A stretch of DNA of 64,000 nt from Candidatus Poribacteria bacterium (GCA_965198175.1 OZ240245.1:1408001-1472000), one strand, 5' to 3'. Counted from the stretch's first letter, positions 1 to 10,154 are shown. Translations and numbers: made by a program. Notes: generated by a model from the sequence alone, not told the origin.

Positions 1-1
1 T

Positions 2-700
2 GCCCCTGCTGACATTCAAGATGGACTTGTGGCGTTCTGGTCCTTTGATGAAGGCGAGGGCAAAATGGCTGGAGATTCCATCGGTGAACATCATGGAGAA
101 ATCGAGGGTGCTACTTGGACAGATGATGCCATGGAGGGAACAGCGCTGGATTTTTCGCCGAAAAAAGCCTCATCTGTAATTATCGAACACATAGAGGACA
201 TTGATGAATTGTCCGACGGGTTCACGATTGCACACTGGGCAAAACAGCGGGGTCGTGGTGCGATGATGGATAAATCCGAACACGATGGCGCGAGGATTCA
301 ATGGTTCTTGCTCGATGACACACGCCTCCATTGGGGGATTGGCCCCACCTTTGGGTTTGCCCCTGGACTCGGTGAGGTGGGAAAATGGATGTACCTGACA
401 TGGTCACATGAGCCGGGCGATAGTAAGGTGTATATTGACGGTGAAAAAGCCGGCGGCGGGCCTGAAGGTCCTGTTCCGGTAACCGGTCGACCCATGTATT
501 TTGGAACTCGGATGCCTTGGCAGCAATTCGGTAAAGAACAGCGGTTCAATGGCATACTGGACGAAATCGCTTTTTGGACCCGTCCGTTATCCGCCAAGGA
601 GATTGAGCAAATCACCGAGGAGGGAATGCAGAGAATTCTCGCTGTCTCCCCAAAAGCCAAATTGGCAACCACGTGGGCAACCCTGAAAACCAGACCTTGA
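2..700 (+). CDS. LamG-like jellyroll (concanavalin A-like) domain protein, 5'-partial
   Basis: Frame is open from the window edge (APADIQDGLVAFWSFDEG). Contains LamG-type motifs (FTIAHW, W.YLTW, FNGILDEIAFW) and ends in LAVSPKAKLATTWATLK. Confidence 0.85.
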   Translation, partial: APADIQDGLVAFWSFDEGEGKMAGDSIGEHHGEIEGATWTDDAMEGTALDFSPKKASSVIIEHIEDIDELSDGFTIAHWAKQRGRGAMMDKSEHDGARIQWFLLDDTRLHWGIGPTFGFAPGLGEVGKWMYLTWSHEPGDSKVYIDGEKAGGGPEGPVPVTGRPMYFGTRMPWQQFGKEQRFNGILDEIAFWTRPLSAKEIEQITEEGMQRILAVSPKAKLATTWATLKTRP

Positions 701-852
701 GCGCATATCTGAGGACTCCCAAGATGCAACATTACGGGTTCGGTCCTCATCTCTCCCCTTCGAGCCCTGAAGGGCATCTAAAACCTTTCGGGGCTCGCAC
801 GCCACGCTACGAACCTACAACCTGAAATCAGTCGAAGTGCAAATTGGGTTTA

Positions 853-1278
853 ATGACGATGCTGAAAATGACGCGCCCTATCGTAGATATTGCGATCACT
901 TGCAGCAACTTCTACGAGTCGCTTCGCTTCTACCATGATCTCTTGGGATTTGAAATTGTGATGGAGGTAGATACTTCCGACGAATTGGCAAAAGAGATTG
1001 GGCTTGCGCCCCGCGGGTTCCATCAAGTCCGCTTGAAAGCGGGTAACACGCTGATTAAACTGATGGATATTGAATCGCCACCGCCGCCTGCTAATCACGG
1101 TTTTGGCACCGGATTGGGGTGGTTCACTGTTCTCATTGAGGACATTGCGGAAACCGTGAAGGAATTGAAGCAGAAGGGAGTGGAGGTTGTGGCTGACCCT
1201 GTCGATGCGCCGGAGGCTGTCGTCGCTTGTGTGAAGGCGCCCGATGGAATCCTTATTGAGTTTGTGCAACTTAAATAG
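853..1278 (+). CDS. VOC/glyoxalase family protein
   Basis: DIAITCSNFYESLRFYHDLLGF at the N-terminus and APDGILIEFVQ at the C-terminus are typical of VOC proteins. Start codon is uncertain (853, 859 or 868). Confidence 0.85.
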   Translation: MTMLKMTRPIVDIAITCSNFYESLRFYHDLLGFEIVMEVDTSDELAKEIGLAPRGFHQVRLKAGNTLIKLMDIESPPPPANHGFGTGLGWFTVLIEDIAETVKELKQKGVEVVADPVDAPEAVVACVKAPDGILIEFVQLK

Positions 1279-1285
1279 TGTAGCC

Positions 1286-2401
1286 TTAACGTAAATCAAT
1301 TTCTCTCCGCTCATCTGCGGAGCGATACATCGCCTCTATGATACGAACCACGGTCAAACCAATCGCGCCGGTATCAATCATTTTAACCCGACCTAACACA
1401 CCCCAAACAAAATGCTGCTGCGGGTCGTCGTAGCCCTCTCCCATATACCCGAGTAATCGCATCCGTCTTTCGTAAGCTTCGATATTGAAGCGCACATCAG
1501 CCTCAATACCATACACATCTGTATAGAGCGCGAACGGCTTCTGCGCGGTTTCGTCCGACTTGGTATCCACGTAGAACGCCAACGGTTCTAGCCTGAGTCC
1601 CCCCTTCGATCCCATGATGCAATCTCCATCCCCGCCATCTAGATTGACTGCCCATGCCGTCTCTACAAACATCGTGATGTCGCCCTTGAAGCGGACCAAG
1701 CCGGTGCCAAGTTCCTCGACATTGTAGCCGCTCTCGCGACGGCGTTTTTCGTCCATATCCAGCGCCTGAAACGTCGACGCGGTCACAGTCTCAATCTCAG
1801 GATTATTTAGCAGGTAAACCATTCTCGCTATCTGATAGACCCCCACGTCTATCAAAGCGCCACCGCCGGATTTCTCCTTCTGCACAAAATGGGGGGTGGC
1901 GTAGCCATCCACATAAACACGCGCGCGGCGGAGATAACGACTCGTCTTAGCATAGTACGTTCGACCCAGCGCGCCTTCCTCGATTAAATATTTTGCCGTT
2001 CGTGTCTCTTTGCTAAAGAGGGTTCTCATTTGCACTGCCAGTTTTTTCCCTGTCCGATGGGCGGTGTCATACATCGTTTGCGCTTCCGCAGAAGTAAGCG
2101 CCATCGGCTTCTCACAGTAGACATGCTTGCCGGCTTCCAGGGCTGCAATCGTCACCGGCGCATGCAAGAAGTTGGGGAGACAGACATCGGCGCTGTCAAT
2201 CTCGTCGATGTTGAGCAGGTCACGATAATCCGAGAATACGTATGTGATGTCGTTTTCTTTGCCGATATGCTGTGCGTCAGCCACATTGATATCCGCTACA
2301 GCGACAATCTCGACATCGTCATGCATTGATTGATAGCGATGAATATGGCGTCTGCCGACGAGTCCTGTTCCAATAATACCGACCCTGAGCTTGTCTGACA
2401 T
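1286..2401 (-). CDS. Gfo/Idh/MocA family oxidoreductase
   Basis: LRVGIIGTG Rossmann motif, GKHVYCEKP and GGGALIDVG. Start set at MSDKL, which follows a GGAGA RBS. Confidence 0.93.
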   Translation of the reverse strand: MSDKLRVGIIGTGLVGRRHIHRYQSMHDDVEIVAVADINVADAQHIGKENDITYVFSDYRDLLNIDEIDSADVCLPNFLHAPVTIAALEAGKHVYCEKPMALTSAEAQTMYDTAHRTGKKLAVQMRTLFSKETRTAKYLIEEGALGRTYYAKTSRYLRRARVYVDGYATPHFVQKEKSGGGALIDVGVYQIARMVYLLNNPEIETVTASTFQALDMDEKRRRESGYNVEELGTGLVRFKGDITMFVETAWAVNLDGGDGDCIMGSKGGLRLEPLAFYVDTKSDETAQKPFALYTDVYGIEADVRFNIEAYERRMRLLGYMGEGYDDPQQHFVWGVLGRVKMIDTGAIGLTVVRIIEAMYRSADERREIDLR

Positions 2402-2421
2402 GGTTTCTCCCCAAGACCCGT

Positions 2422-4149
2422 CTACCAGCGAACAACTTGATTCGGAATGAAATAGGTCCGAGCGATTTCCGATACACCGTTTTGTACCGGCTTGTCTTGC
2501 CACATTGCCCCGACCTTTCCGGGCGGGTCGAAGTCCACAACCTCGTTGCCTCGTAATGTCACAGTCGCGTCCATGTGTCCCACCTGCATCGGCACCGTTC
2601 GCTCTGGCAAATCGAAGGTCAACTGAAGTTCATCCCCAACCGACCGCTCTGAAATCGTCACATACGGCCCGTCATGATTGAAAGCCACCGTTTCGCCGGA
2701 CAATCGGGACGTGATTGTCAACGTTCTGGGGTCGAGCCACGACGGTCGCCGAATGCGTAGGCTTACTTGCTTCTTGATGTAGATGCGGACTCTGCCCGCG
2801 TATGGAAGGTCACTCGCTACATCCGCAGATTCCGACGCTCGGTTCAACAACAACTCGACCGTTACGCGGCTCGGTTCTTCGTGAAGCATACGACACCAGA
2901 CGAAGTAGAGGGCACGCGACGAATTTGCAACGCAGCACTGCGTGATTCCCGGGTTCCAGACGCGGAACTCGTTGGGACCTGCCCAAGCCGCGAAGTTGCC
3001 GATGAGCCGTTCGGGAACCTGTCGCACCTCATCCACCTCCGGGTCAATCGGTGTCGTTGGAACGGATTCAAGCGCTTCCTCGATCCACCGGGAACTCGTC
3101 AACTGGCACTCGGTAAGCATATTCCGCACGTAACAATCTACATGCTCCCAATAGTCGCCGATTCCCGCCTCAGTCAGCTTAAGCGCAGTCCCCGTCATGG
3201 CTGCCGTGTCGCACGCCTCGCAGTTGATGACGCCGCCGCGGTCCTGTGGCCACTCAAGATACTCCGGGAAGAAACCAATCTCCGGGGTGCCGTGTGTCCT
3301 GGCATATTCGTATCCCTTTCGAGCGAACTCCGCGAACGTTTGCTCACCCGAAACGAGGGCGTATTCGGAGAGTACGAGAAGCCCATTCGCGTGGCAGTAG
3401 AAATGGATGGCAGATTTTGGCCCCAGATACCCCTCGTGGCGTGCTAGAAATCGACCAGCGTCGTCGAAATACTCCGCATGGTGCCGTATGAACCGAGCAA
3501 GCCGTCCGGCAAGGTGCGCTGCGGAGCCATCGCCCGTCTCACGGACGAAGGCGCACAGCCCCTGAAGCAGGTAGACGCTGTGTCGCGCGGGCCAGCCCTT
3601 CGCTTGTTCAACGCCCGTGTAGTCCGGGCGTCTGCCCGACTGTGTCGCCGGACGATAGTTCAAGTCGTATTTCGCCGGTATATAAGCGTAATCATCTATC
3701 CGAGGACAAATCGCGTCAAGGCGTTCGACGACGCGCTGTCCGGTCTCCAACCATGCAGGATCACGCGTGAGTCGGTAATGGAGGGCAATGGCGCATAGAC
3801 TGCGCCCCATGTACACCGGGTGCAGATGCTCAATACCGTCCCGACGCGCGTGAAGCCATTTAATCCACGCCGCATCGACATCCATGTTTGCTAGATTGCC
3901 TGTCATCAGTCGGTTAAGCACGAGCGGCTCGGCGAGCTTTCCCTGTGCTGACTCCCATGTGTGGCTGATTCGCGGCGGGTTCACAATGATATTGCCACGA
4001 AAGTACGTGTCGTAATTCCGTTGTGGATTGACGCTGCGCGTGATGGCGTTAAGCGCGAGTTCGGCTCGGTGCGCCAAATCGAGTGTATCAGGAACAACGC
4101 GAAGCTGGTAAACCCCTTCAGGGATGGGTGCGGTTAATGTTGCACGCAT
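2422..4149 (-). CDS. GH127/beta-L-arabinofuranosidase-like (alpha/alpha)6 glycoside hydrolase
   Basis: CEAC and QCCVAN Cys motifs, plus C-terminal LPYAG and RIRRPSW motifs resembling GH127/GH146. Confidence 0.65.
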   Translation of the reverse strand: MRATLTAPIPEGVYQLRVVPDTLDLAHRAELALNAITRSVNPQRNYDTYFRGNIIVNPPRISHTWESAQGKLAEPLVLNRLMTGNLANMDVDAAWIKWLHARRDGIEHLHPVYMGRSLCAIALHYRLTRDPAWLETGQRVVERLDAICPRIDDYAYIPAKYDLNYRPATQSGRRPDYTGVEQAKGWPARHSVYLLQGLCAFVRETGDGSAAHLAGRLARFIRHHAEYFDDAGRFLARHEGYLGPKSAIHFYCHANGLLVLSEYALVSGEQTFAEFARKGYEYARTHGTPEIGFFPEYLEWPQDRGGVINCEACDTAAMTGTALKLTEAGIGDYWEHVDCYVRNMLTECQLTSSRWIEEALESVPTTPIDPEVDEVRQVPERLIGNFAAWAGPNEFRVWNPGITQCCVANSSRALYFVWCRMLHEEPSRVTVELLLNRASESADVASDLPYAGRVRIYIKKQVSLRIRRPSWLDPRTLTITSRLSGETVAFNHDGPYVTISERSVGDELQLTFDLPERTVPMQVGHMDATVTLRGNEVVDFDPPGKVGAMWQDKPVQNGVSEIARTYFIPNQVVRW

Positions 4150-4493
4150 ATCGGTGACCTCCGTTCAAGAATTTGACTCGGCGAGCCTCTGATAAAAGAT
4201 GAGCGTATGCATGATGTATGTCAACAGTGTGAGATGCTTTTTATCTTGCATGTGTGCGTTGCCTTTCCTCCGTTTAGGAGGGATTGTAAAGAGGAAGACG
4301 TACGCCATATCTTAAAAAGACCAATTCTCAACTATTTTAGCACAGATTCTCCTTGAAAAAAATAATTGATTACTAAACAGTCTTTTAGCCGAAACGTCCA
4401 ATGATATTGACGTCGATTGCTAGACCATGCTTTCTAAGACGAATTTAAGCGATTTTGCCGGGTAACAATCTTACCGGAAAGGAGAAAGAAACA

Positions 4494-5087
4494 ATGAAAA
4501 AGCGAATCCGGTCTCACAAGAATTGGGTCCTTGAATCTGTTTTGTTCTTATTAGTATTCTCACTCATCGGCTGCGAAGCCCTAGAGCAGGCACAGCAGCG
4601 AAGGAATGAGAGAATTAAGCAGAAGTTCGCTCAAGAAACTTCGACATCAAGTTCTCGTAGCGGAAAAGCTTCGCTCACCAATCAACCGGCGCCATCATTC
4701 ACACTACAGGATTTAAGCGGCAGTCAGGTAAGTCTAGCAGATTTCAAGGGCAAGCCTGTCGTTCTGAATTTCTGGACGACTTGGTGAGGTTCATGTCGTG
4801 CGGAGGTTCCGCACCTGAACAAGCTTTACCAGAAATACAAGGATCAAGGGCTAGTAGTCATTGGTGTGAGCAATGAGACGGACTCCAAGTTGAAGAGTTT
4901 TGTGCAGCAGACACCAATCGCGTATACCGTCCTTTCTAACGGGCGCGCAGAATTTCAGGCATACGGCGTCCAAGGTATCCCTTGCACCTATTATATTGAC
5001 AAAGATGGCATTGTGCGCTATCGCGAGAATGGCTTTGGTCCCGGTGGCGAAGTGACAATGGAGCAGAAGATAAAGGAACTGCTATAA
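4494..5087 (+). CDS. TlpA/peroxiredoxin-like thioredoxin-fold lipoprotein, selenoprotein (UGA at 4785-4787 read as Sec)
   Basis: ORFs 4455-4787 and 4866-5087 are in the same frame. The read-through gives [41 protein letters not shown], a UxxC motif. Lipobox LIGC is present. Confidence 0.92.
4789..4820 (+). promoter_or_regulatory. Bacterial SECIS hairpin
   Basis: Starts 2 nt after the in-frame TGA. Lower stem GTTCA/TGAAC, upper stem GTGCGGA/TCCGCAC, G-containing apical loop GGT. Confidence 0.85.
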
Positions 5088-5156
5088 CGATGCGCTTAGT
5101 GGAAGCCATTCAAGCGCAGACGCGGGGATCTGCGTAAAAGATTAAAAGGTGCCGCC

Positions 5157-5910
5157 CTAAAACAGCGGATTTACCTCATTGTCTAAACTTGAGGGCTTCG
5201 GCGCTTCAGCAATCGAATCAACCGATTCATACCCGGTCACTTCGATTTCGACGATTCGGGCGGTACTCTTTTCCGTCACCATACCAAAAGTCCTTCCCAC
5301 AACTTTTCGGTCATTGCTGCGATACACAACAAAACGAACTTTGGCGATGGTCATTGGAGAAAACCTGAACTCAATTTTTCCGCCAGCCGCTTTCCCGAAA
5401 GAGGCCTGTGTTGTATACTCTATCTTCCCGTTCTTAATTCGACCTTAAGGTTTCCCACCGCTTTTCGCGCCAAACCCGGAGAACTCCCGAATAAATGCCA
5501 TACCTCGAAGCGGGATACTCGGACGAATCTAGGGTGTGTATCACAATTCGATTGACCCGTTCTGGTTCGGGGAAATGCACTTCAATCCAAGCCCCACCGA
5601 GAGTTTCCCGGCGAACCGGACCGTCGAAACGCATCCAGTTCCGTCTAAGGTTTTGCCGTTCAAATTGAACTTCCCAACCTTCCCCATTATGCCAATCTTC
5701 CGATGATGTGATACTATTGATAGCCTTTGCAGCCTCATGTCCTGGCGTGGACATTGATGCAAAGACTGTAGCGCCATTTTCAGCGGTGGCGTAGTCAAGT
5801 AGTTTCTTGCTGCCCGCACCCGCTTGCATCATTTGCGGGAGGCAGCCAATCCATCCAACAGATACCAACAGAACAAACCCAGTCGTTACCAAAGCACTCA
5901 GACCTTTCAT
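5157..5910 (-). pseudogene. Discoidin/F5-8 type C-like lipoprotein with a single +1 frameshift
   Basis: Lipobox WIGC and motifs NGATVFAS and AWIEVHF. Removing one base at 5445-5446 joins WETL to GRIKNG...VRFVV...ARIVEIEVTG. Confidence 0.7.
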
Positions 5911-6327
5911 GTCAAGTCCTCCTAATCTTGGTTCATTCATATAGGATGGTTCAACACACCATAGTTGAAATGATAATATACGTTCTGAGGGATGTCAAGC
6001 AAACGTCTGCGGTGTTAAACTGTTTGTCTTGCAACACGAGATTTAGGAAGCGTAACGCCTTTTTAGAAATCGGGGAACTGAGGGGAAGAAACGGTTAGAG
6101 TTCGTCGGATTGCGGTTACGTAAGATTGAGCGGGTTTAGGATGAAAAGAAGGGTTGGACTTACGGAGCGATAGCGGTCAGAAATTTAACGATAACCCCGA
6201 CAGATTTGAGGCGAGAACACAACTTAAAGAAGCGCAGTGGACGCTCTATCACTACCGCAGTGACGGTAATGAACGGTTAAGTGAAGAAAGTGTGTCGTTA
6301 ATTTACGAATTTTCCACTTTAACAGGT

Positions 6328-6960
6328 TTACCCTTTACTCGGTTCGTAGTAGGGATTTGTACCTGCAGCGTGATCTGTGGTATCAATGATTTGAGTAATC
6401 TCCGGAAATACGTCCTTAATCATCGATTCAATGCCGTGCTTCAAAGTGACATTCGCCATACCGCAGCCCTGACATCCGCCACCCATGTGTATGTAGATTG
6501 CATCATCTTTAACGTCCAGAAGGTCTATTTGTCCACCGTGCGCCGCCACAGCGGGATTAATCTGTTCGTCAATCAGTTCCTGAATCTTTTGAGCTTTGGG
6601 GTTATCCCAAGTTGGTATGTTGGGGTTCTCAATATTAAACCCGCTCGAATTCAGGTTTTCCACATAATCGATGGTCGCGCCATTCAGATTTTCAGCACTT
6701 TCAGGATCAATCAAGACCTTGCAGTCGCCGCAATCAGTTACGATATCGTCCGTAGCCGCCTCTTCCTCAAGCCCAAGCCCGTACTGGAATGCAGATGCTG
6801 TACGTCCTTCAATACGGATTCGCAGCCCTTCAACTTCTACGTCTTGGCTATCAATAATCGATTTTACCTTTTGCTTAGCGGCTTCGGTAACCGTAATAGA
6901 AAATTTCCCGTCTCCTGCGTCGGGTTGTCGGGTTCTTAACTTGTTCAGCAGATTTTTCAT
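6328..6960 (-). CDS. nfuA: Fe-S cluster carrier NfuA (Cys-less A-type domain plus NifU domain)
   Basis: ITVTEAA..GATIDY..GFNIENPN A-type domain, followed by INPAVAAHGG..GGGCQGC..DTTDH..G.NPYY. Confidence 0.9.
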   Translation of the reverse strand: MKNLLNKLRTRQPDAGDGKFSITVTEAAKQKVKSIIDSQDVEVEGLRIRIEGRTASAFQYGLGLEEEAATDDIVTDCGDCKVLIDPESAENLNGATIDYVENLNSSGFNIENPNIPTWDNPKAQKIQELIDEQINPAVAAHGGQIDLLDVKDDAIYIHMGGGCQGCGMANVTLKHGIESMIKDVFPEITQIIDTTDHAAGTNPYYEPSKG

Positions 6961-7085
6961 TACCTTTGCAGCATTCCGTAAAGAATGCCGTCTCCTTTCG
7001 TCGTAAGGGTGGTCAAATTGATAACTTGTCGTGAAGAGTAAGCGAATTCCTTCCGATAAACTCGTTCCTTGTGACGGCTGAATCG

Positions 7086-8069
7086 CTACGCCGCAGATCT
7101 ATTAGCAGCTTTTGGCAGCAAACGAAGTTCGCCATTTTCATCATGCAAACGCTGAAGTCGGACGATTGCCTCCGTTTCCAATTGGCGGATACGCTCTCTT
7201 GTAACGTTGAGTTTCTCTCCGATTTCACGTAAGGTCCTTTCCACACCATCTTCAAGACCAAACCGCATCCGGATGACTTCTCGCTCTCTTTCCTTTAATT
7301 TGCCTAGCAGCGAATCAACCAGATCTTGTTCAATCAGCTCTAAAATCGATCCAACTTCAGGGTTCGCCGCCGAATCTTCGATCAAATCTCCTAAGCTATT
7401 TGCGTCTCTTTCATCGGTCAGGGGCAACTCTAACGAAAGAATCTCGGAGTTGAATGCGAGAATTTCTTCGACCTGTTTGTCCGTTAATTCGAGTGTTTCG
7501 GACAATTCCTCTACCGTTGGCTCTCGTTGCAAATCCTGCCTCAGGTTCGCATAAGTCGAGTCAATTTTATTTACTTTTGCAACGATATACGCAGGCAACC
7601 GGATTGAACGTGAACAGTTATCTAACGTTCTCAAAATTGCCTGTCTAATCCACCAAATAGCGTATGTGCTAAACTTAAAACCTCTGCGGTAGTCGAATTT
7701 ATTCACCGCTCTCATTAATCCAATGTTGCCCTCTTGGATGAGATCTTCCAGCGGGACATTGTGACCTTGGTATTTCGCTGCTACGGAAACCACTAAACGT
7801 AGGTTTGACTGAATCAATTCACTACGAGCGGACTCATCCGCTTGTTCAATCCGTTTGGCAAGCGCTATTTCCTCTTCCCGGGATAAGAGTTCATGATGTG
7901 ACACTTGACGCAGCCAGTTACTTAGGGCATCAATCTGAGTGCACGTCGATTCCTCGTCTGCTAGCGCGGTTATCCATTCTTCTTCTTCTTCACCCTCAGT
8001 ATACCCTTTGGTCCCTTCATTGATATATCCCTCAACAAATGTGTTACCGCGGGGCTCAATTTCTGTCAT
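7086..8069 (-). CDS. RNA polymerase sigma70 factor, RpoD/RpoS-like (group 2-type, no region 1.1)
   Basis: [49 protein letters not shown] and [16 protein letters not shown]. Confidence 0.93.
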   Translation of the reverse strand: MTEIEPRGNTFVEGYINEGTKGYTEGEEEEEWITALADEESTCTQIDALSNWLRQVSHHELLSREEEIALAKRIEQADESARSELIQSNLRLVVSVAAKYQGHNVPLEDLIQEGNIGLMRAVNKFDYRRGFKFSTYAIWWIRQAILRTLDNCSRSIRLPAYIVAKVNKIDSTYANLRQDLQREPTVEELSETLELTDKQVEEILAFNSEILSLELPLTDERDANSLGDLIEDSAANPEVGSILELIEQDLVDSLLGKLKEREREVIRMRFGLEDGVERTLREIGEKLNVTRERIRQLETEAIVRLQRLHDENGELRLLPKAANRSAA

Positions 8070-8146
8070 GTCCTCTATTTCCTTAATCAATTACACTGAT
8101 CTGTATTTGCATTTCACATTGTCTACATTCTGAAAAAACTACAAGG

Positions 8147-8175
8147 ATAATATCATCTTATCTAAGTTTTGTCAA
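8147..8175 (-). promoter_or_regulatory. sigma70-type promoter for the sigma factor/nfuA genes
   Basis: Minus strand TTGACA-17 nt-TATTAT with an extended -10 TG. Confidence 0.6.
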
Positions 8176-8202
8176 GTAAATAACTTAAAAAATAATTTTA
8201 AC

Positions 8203-8231
8203 TTGAAAATAGTGAATTTTACTGTTATAAT
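8203..8231 (+). promoter_or_regulatory. sigma70-type promoter for the SufR-like regulator
   Basis: TTGAAA-17 nt-TATAAT with an extended TG. Confidence 0.6.
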
Positions 8232-8259
8232 GAATTATAGCATCCGGGGAGGTGAAATA

Positions 8260-8892
8260 GTGAAGTCACTACCGAGAGAAACGCGGGGTGAGATAGTTTC
8301 TATTCTGAAAAAAAACAATGGCATGACTGCGGGTAAAATCGCTACGGAATTAGACCTCCATTCAATGACGGTTCGTCAGCATCTAGCCGTTTTGGAACGC
8401 GAGGGCTATATCGAACACAACCGAGAAAAAATCGGGCGAGGTAGACCGGCGTATGTATACCGGCTAGCGGAAGAAGCTGAAAGGCTATTTCCGAGCAACT
8501 ATCCCCGATTTACGATGGGTATCTTAGATGCGTTAGTAATGATGGATGGTGCGGAGAAAGTCGACCAACTTCTCGCATACGACATGGAAGCAAAAATCTC
8601 AACGCACTTCGAAAATATTGAGAATAAGAGTCTGGCGCGAAGGGTAGAAATGCTCGTTGACTTCTTGAATGAAGAGGGCTACATGGTTGAGGTTGAAGAA
8701 ACACCAACCGCTTTCATCATGAAAGAGCATAATTGCGCACTCGGTCCCGTGGCGGAAAAATATAACCAACTCTGTCAGCAAGAGCTCTCTCTGTTCGAAC
8801 GGCTACTCAATGTCCCGGTTGAACGACAATGCCACATGGTTACGGGCGATCACCTCTGCAGCTATAAGATTTCCAAAGTGGACAACGCATAG
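8260..8892 (+). CDS. SufR-like winged-HTH transcriptional regulator (Fe-S/metal sensing)
   Basis: wHTH TVRQHL..LE..G..GRGRP, C-terminal EHNC..LC..E..C...GD..C. GTG start follows GGAGG. Confidence 0.82.
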   Translation: MKSLPRETRGEIVSILKKNNGMTAGKIATELDLHSMTVRQHLAVLEREGYIEHNREKIGRGRPAYVYRLAEEAERLFPSNYPRFTMGILDALVMMDGAEKVDQLLAYDMEAKISTHFENIENKSLARRVEMLVDFLNEEGYMVEVEETPTAFIMKEHNCALGPVAEKYNQLCQQELSLFERLLNVPVERQCHMVTGDHLCSYKISKVDNA

Positions 8893-8950
8893 AGTACGGG
8901 AAAACAACACGCAGTACATTGTCCACTTCCCGACCTTCCCAGTGCCATTC

Positions 8951-10120
8951 TTAGCCCAAGGCTTTGTGGATCCGAGTCAGCGCCTCGTCCAATTGGGCAT
9001 CGGGAACCGTCAATGCGACCCGAAAATATCCTTCACCATACTCACCGTACGCTGCACCAGCAGTAATAACAACTGCCGCCTTTTCAAAGATTAACGTCGC
9101 AAAATCGATCGAGTTCATCCCTCTAGGAGTCGGTAGCCAGAGGTAGAATGTCCCCTTCGGCGGCACGTAATCATCCCGGACAATGTCTTTGAAGGTATTA
9201 AGGATTTTCTTCCGTCGGCGAGCATATATCTCCAACATTTGACCGATGCTATCTTGGCATTCGGTCAACGCCGCAATCCCAGCGTATTGAATCGCGTTGA
9301 ATACGCCAGAATCGGTATTTTCTTTAACCTTCGCCATTCCCGAAATGAGTTCTGCATTGCCCATTGCCATACCGATTCGCCAGCCCGTCATATTGAATGG
9401 TTTCGACAGTGAATTGAGTTCAACCCCCACTTCCTTCGCCCCCGGTGTCGATAAGAAACTCAGCGGTTTTGCACCATCAAACACGATTTCACTGTAAGGA
9501 TTATCGTGACAAATGGCAATATCGTATGTTTTTGCAAATTCGACAACCTCGGTGAAGAATTCAGCCGTCGCGATTGCGCCCGTCGGATTGTTCGGGTAAT
9601 TCAGAAACATCGCCGTTGCGCGCTTGGCTACATCTGATGGGATACCTGCAAGCTTTGGAAGAAACTCGTTGTCTACGGTAATGGGGATATTATAGGGTTC
9701 ACCCTCCGCCATCAGAATACTCGCGCGATACGCCGGATATCCTGGGTCTGTCATCAGCACCGTATCGCCGGGATTGACAACCGCCAAAATAAAATGATGA
9801 CAACCCTCCTTCGAACCGATTAACCCCAACACTTCACGCTCTGGATCCAATTCAGCGCCGTATCCGACCGCATACCAATCCGCAACTGCTTTCCGAAACG
9901 CAAACATCCCTTTCTCTTCGTCTGTTGGATAACGGTGGTTGGCTGCCTCCGCAGCCGCTTTATTGAGTGCGTCAATCACCGGTTGAGGGGTGGGCTCAAC
10001 TGGATCGCCGACCGCAAGGCTGATGACATCAATTCCGTCCGCTTTTGCCTTATTGATTTTATTGCGTAATTCCATAAATAGATAAGGCGGAATCCTCTTT
10101 AACCGGTTCGCAGTCTGCAT
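8951..10120 (-). CDS. dapL: LL-diaminopimelate aminotransferase
   Basis: IPPYLF, GSKEG, NYPNNPTGA, SLSKPFNMTGWRIG, K.NTDSG.F and GEGYFR. Confidence 0.88.
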   Translation of the reverse strand: MQTANRLKRIPPYLFMELRNKINKAKADGIDVISLAVGDPVEPTPQPVIDALNKAAAEAANHRYPTDEEKGMFAFRKAVADWYAVGYGAELDPEREVLGLIGSKEGCHHFILAVVNPGDTVLMTDPGYPAYRASILMAEGEPYNIPITVDNEFLPKLAGIPSDVAKRATAMFLNYPNNPTGAIATAEFFTEVVEFAKTYDIAICHDNPYSEIVFDGAKPLSFLSTPGAKEVGVELNSLSKPFNMTGWRIGMAMGNAELISGMAKVKENTDSGVFNAIQYAGIAALTECQDSIGQMLEIYARRRKKILNTFKDIVRDDYVPPKGTFYLWLPTPRGMNSIDFATLIFEKAAVVITAGAAYGEYGEGYFRVALTVPDAQLDEALTRIHKALG

Positions 10121-10154
10121 ATTCTCTCCTACAAGATTATTGAGTATGGAGTTA

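Noticed and set aside
4455..5087. Two separate ORFs or a nonsense pseudogene
   Set aside because: The TGA is at the catalytic Cys position with an adjacent SECIS-like hairpin, so a single selenoprotein explains it better.
6154..6939. 261-aa plus-strand ORF
   Set aside because: Antisense shadow of nfuA with no recognisable motifs.
8130..8235. Canonical cyanobacterial SufR box (CAAC-N6-GTTG)
   Set aside because: Not present; only a different AT-rich inverted repeat is seen.
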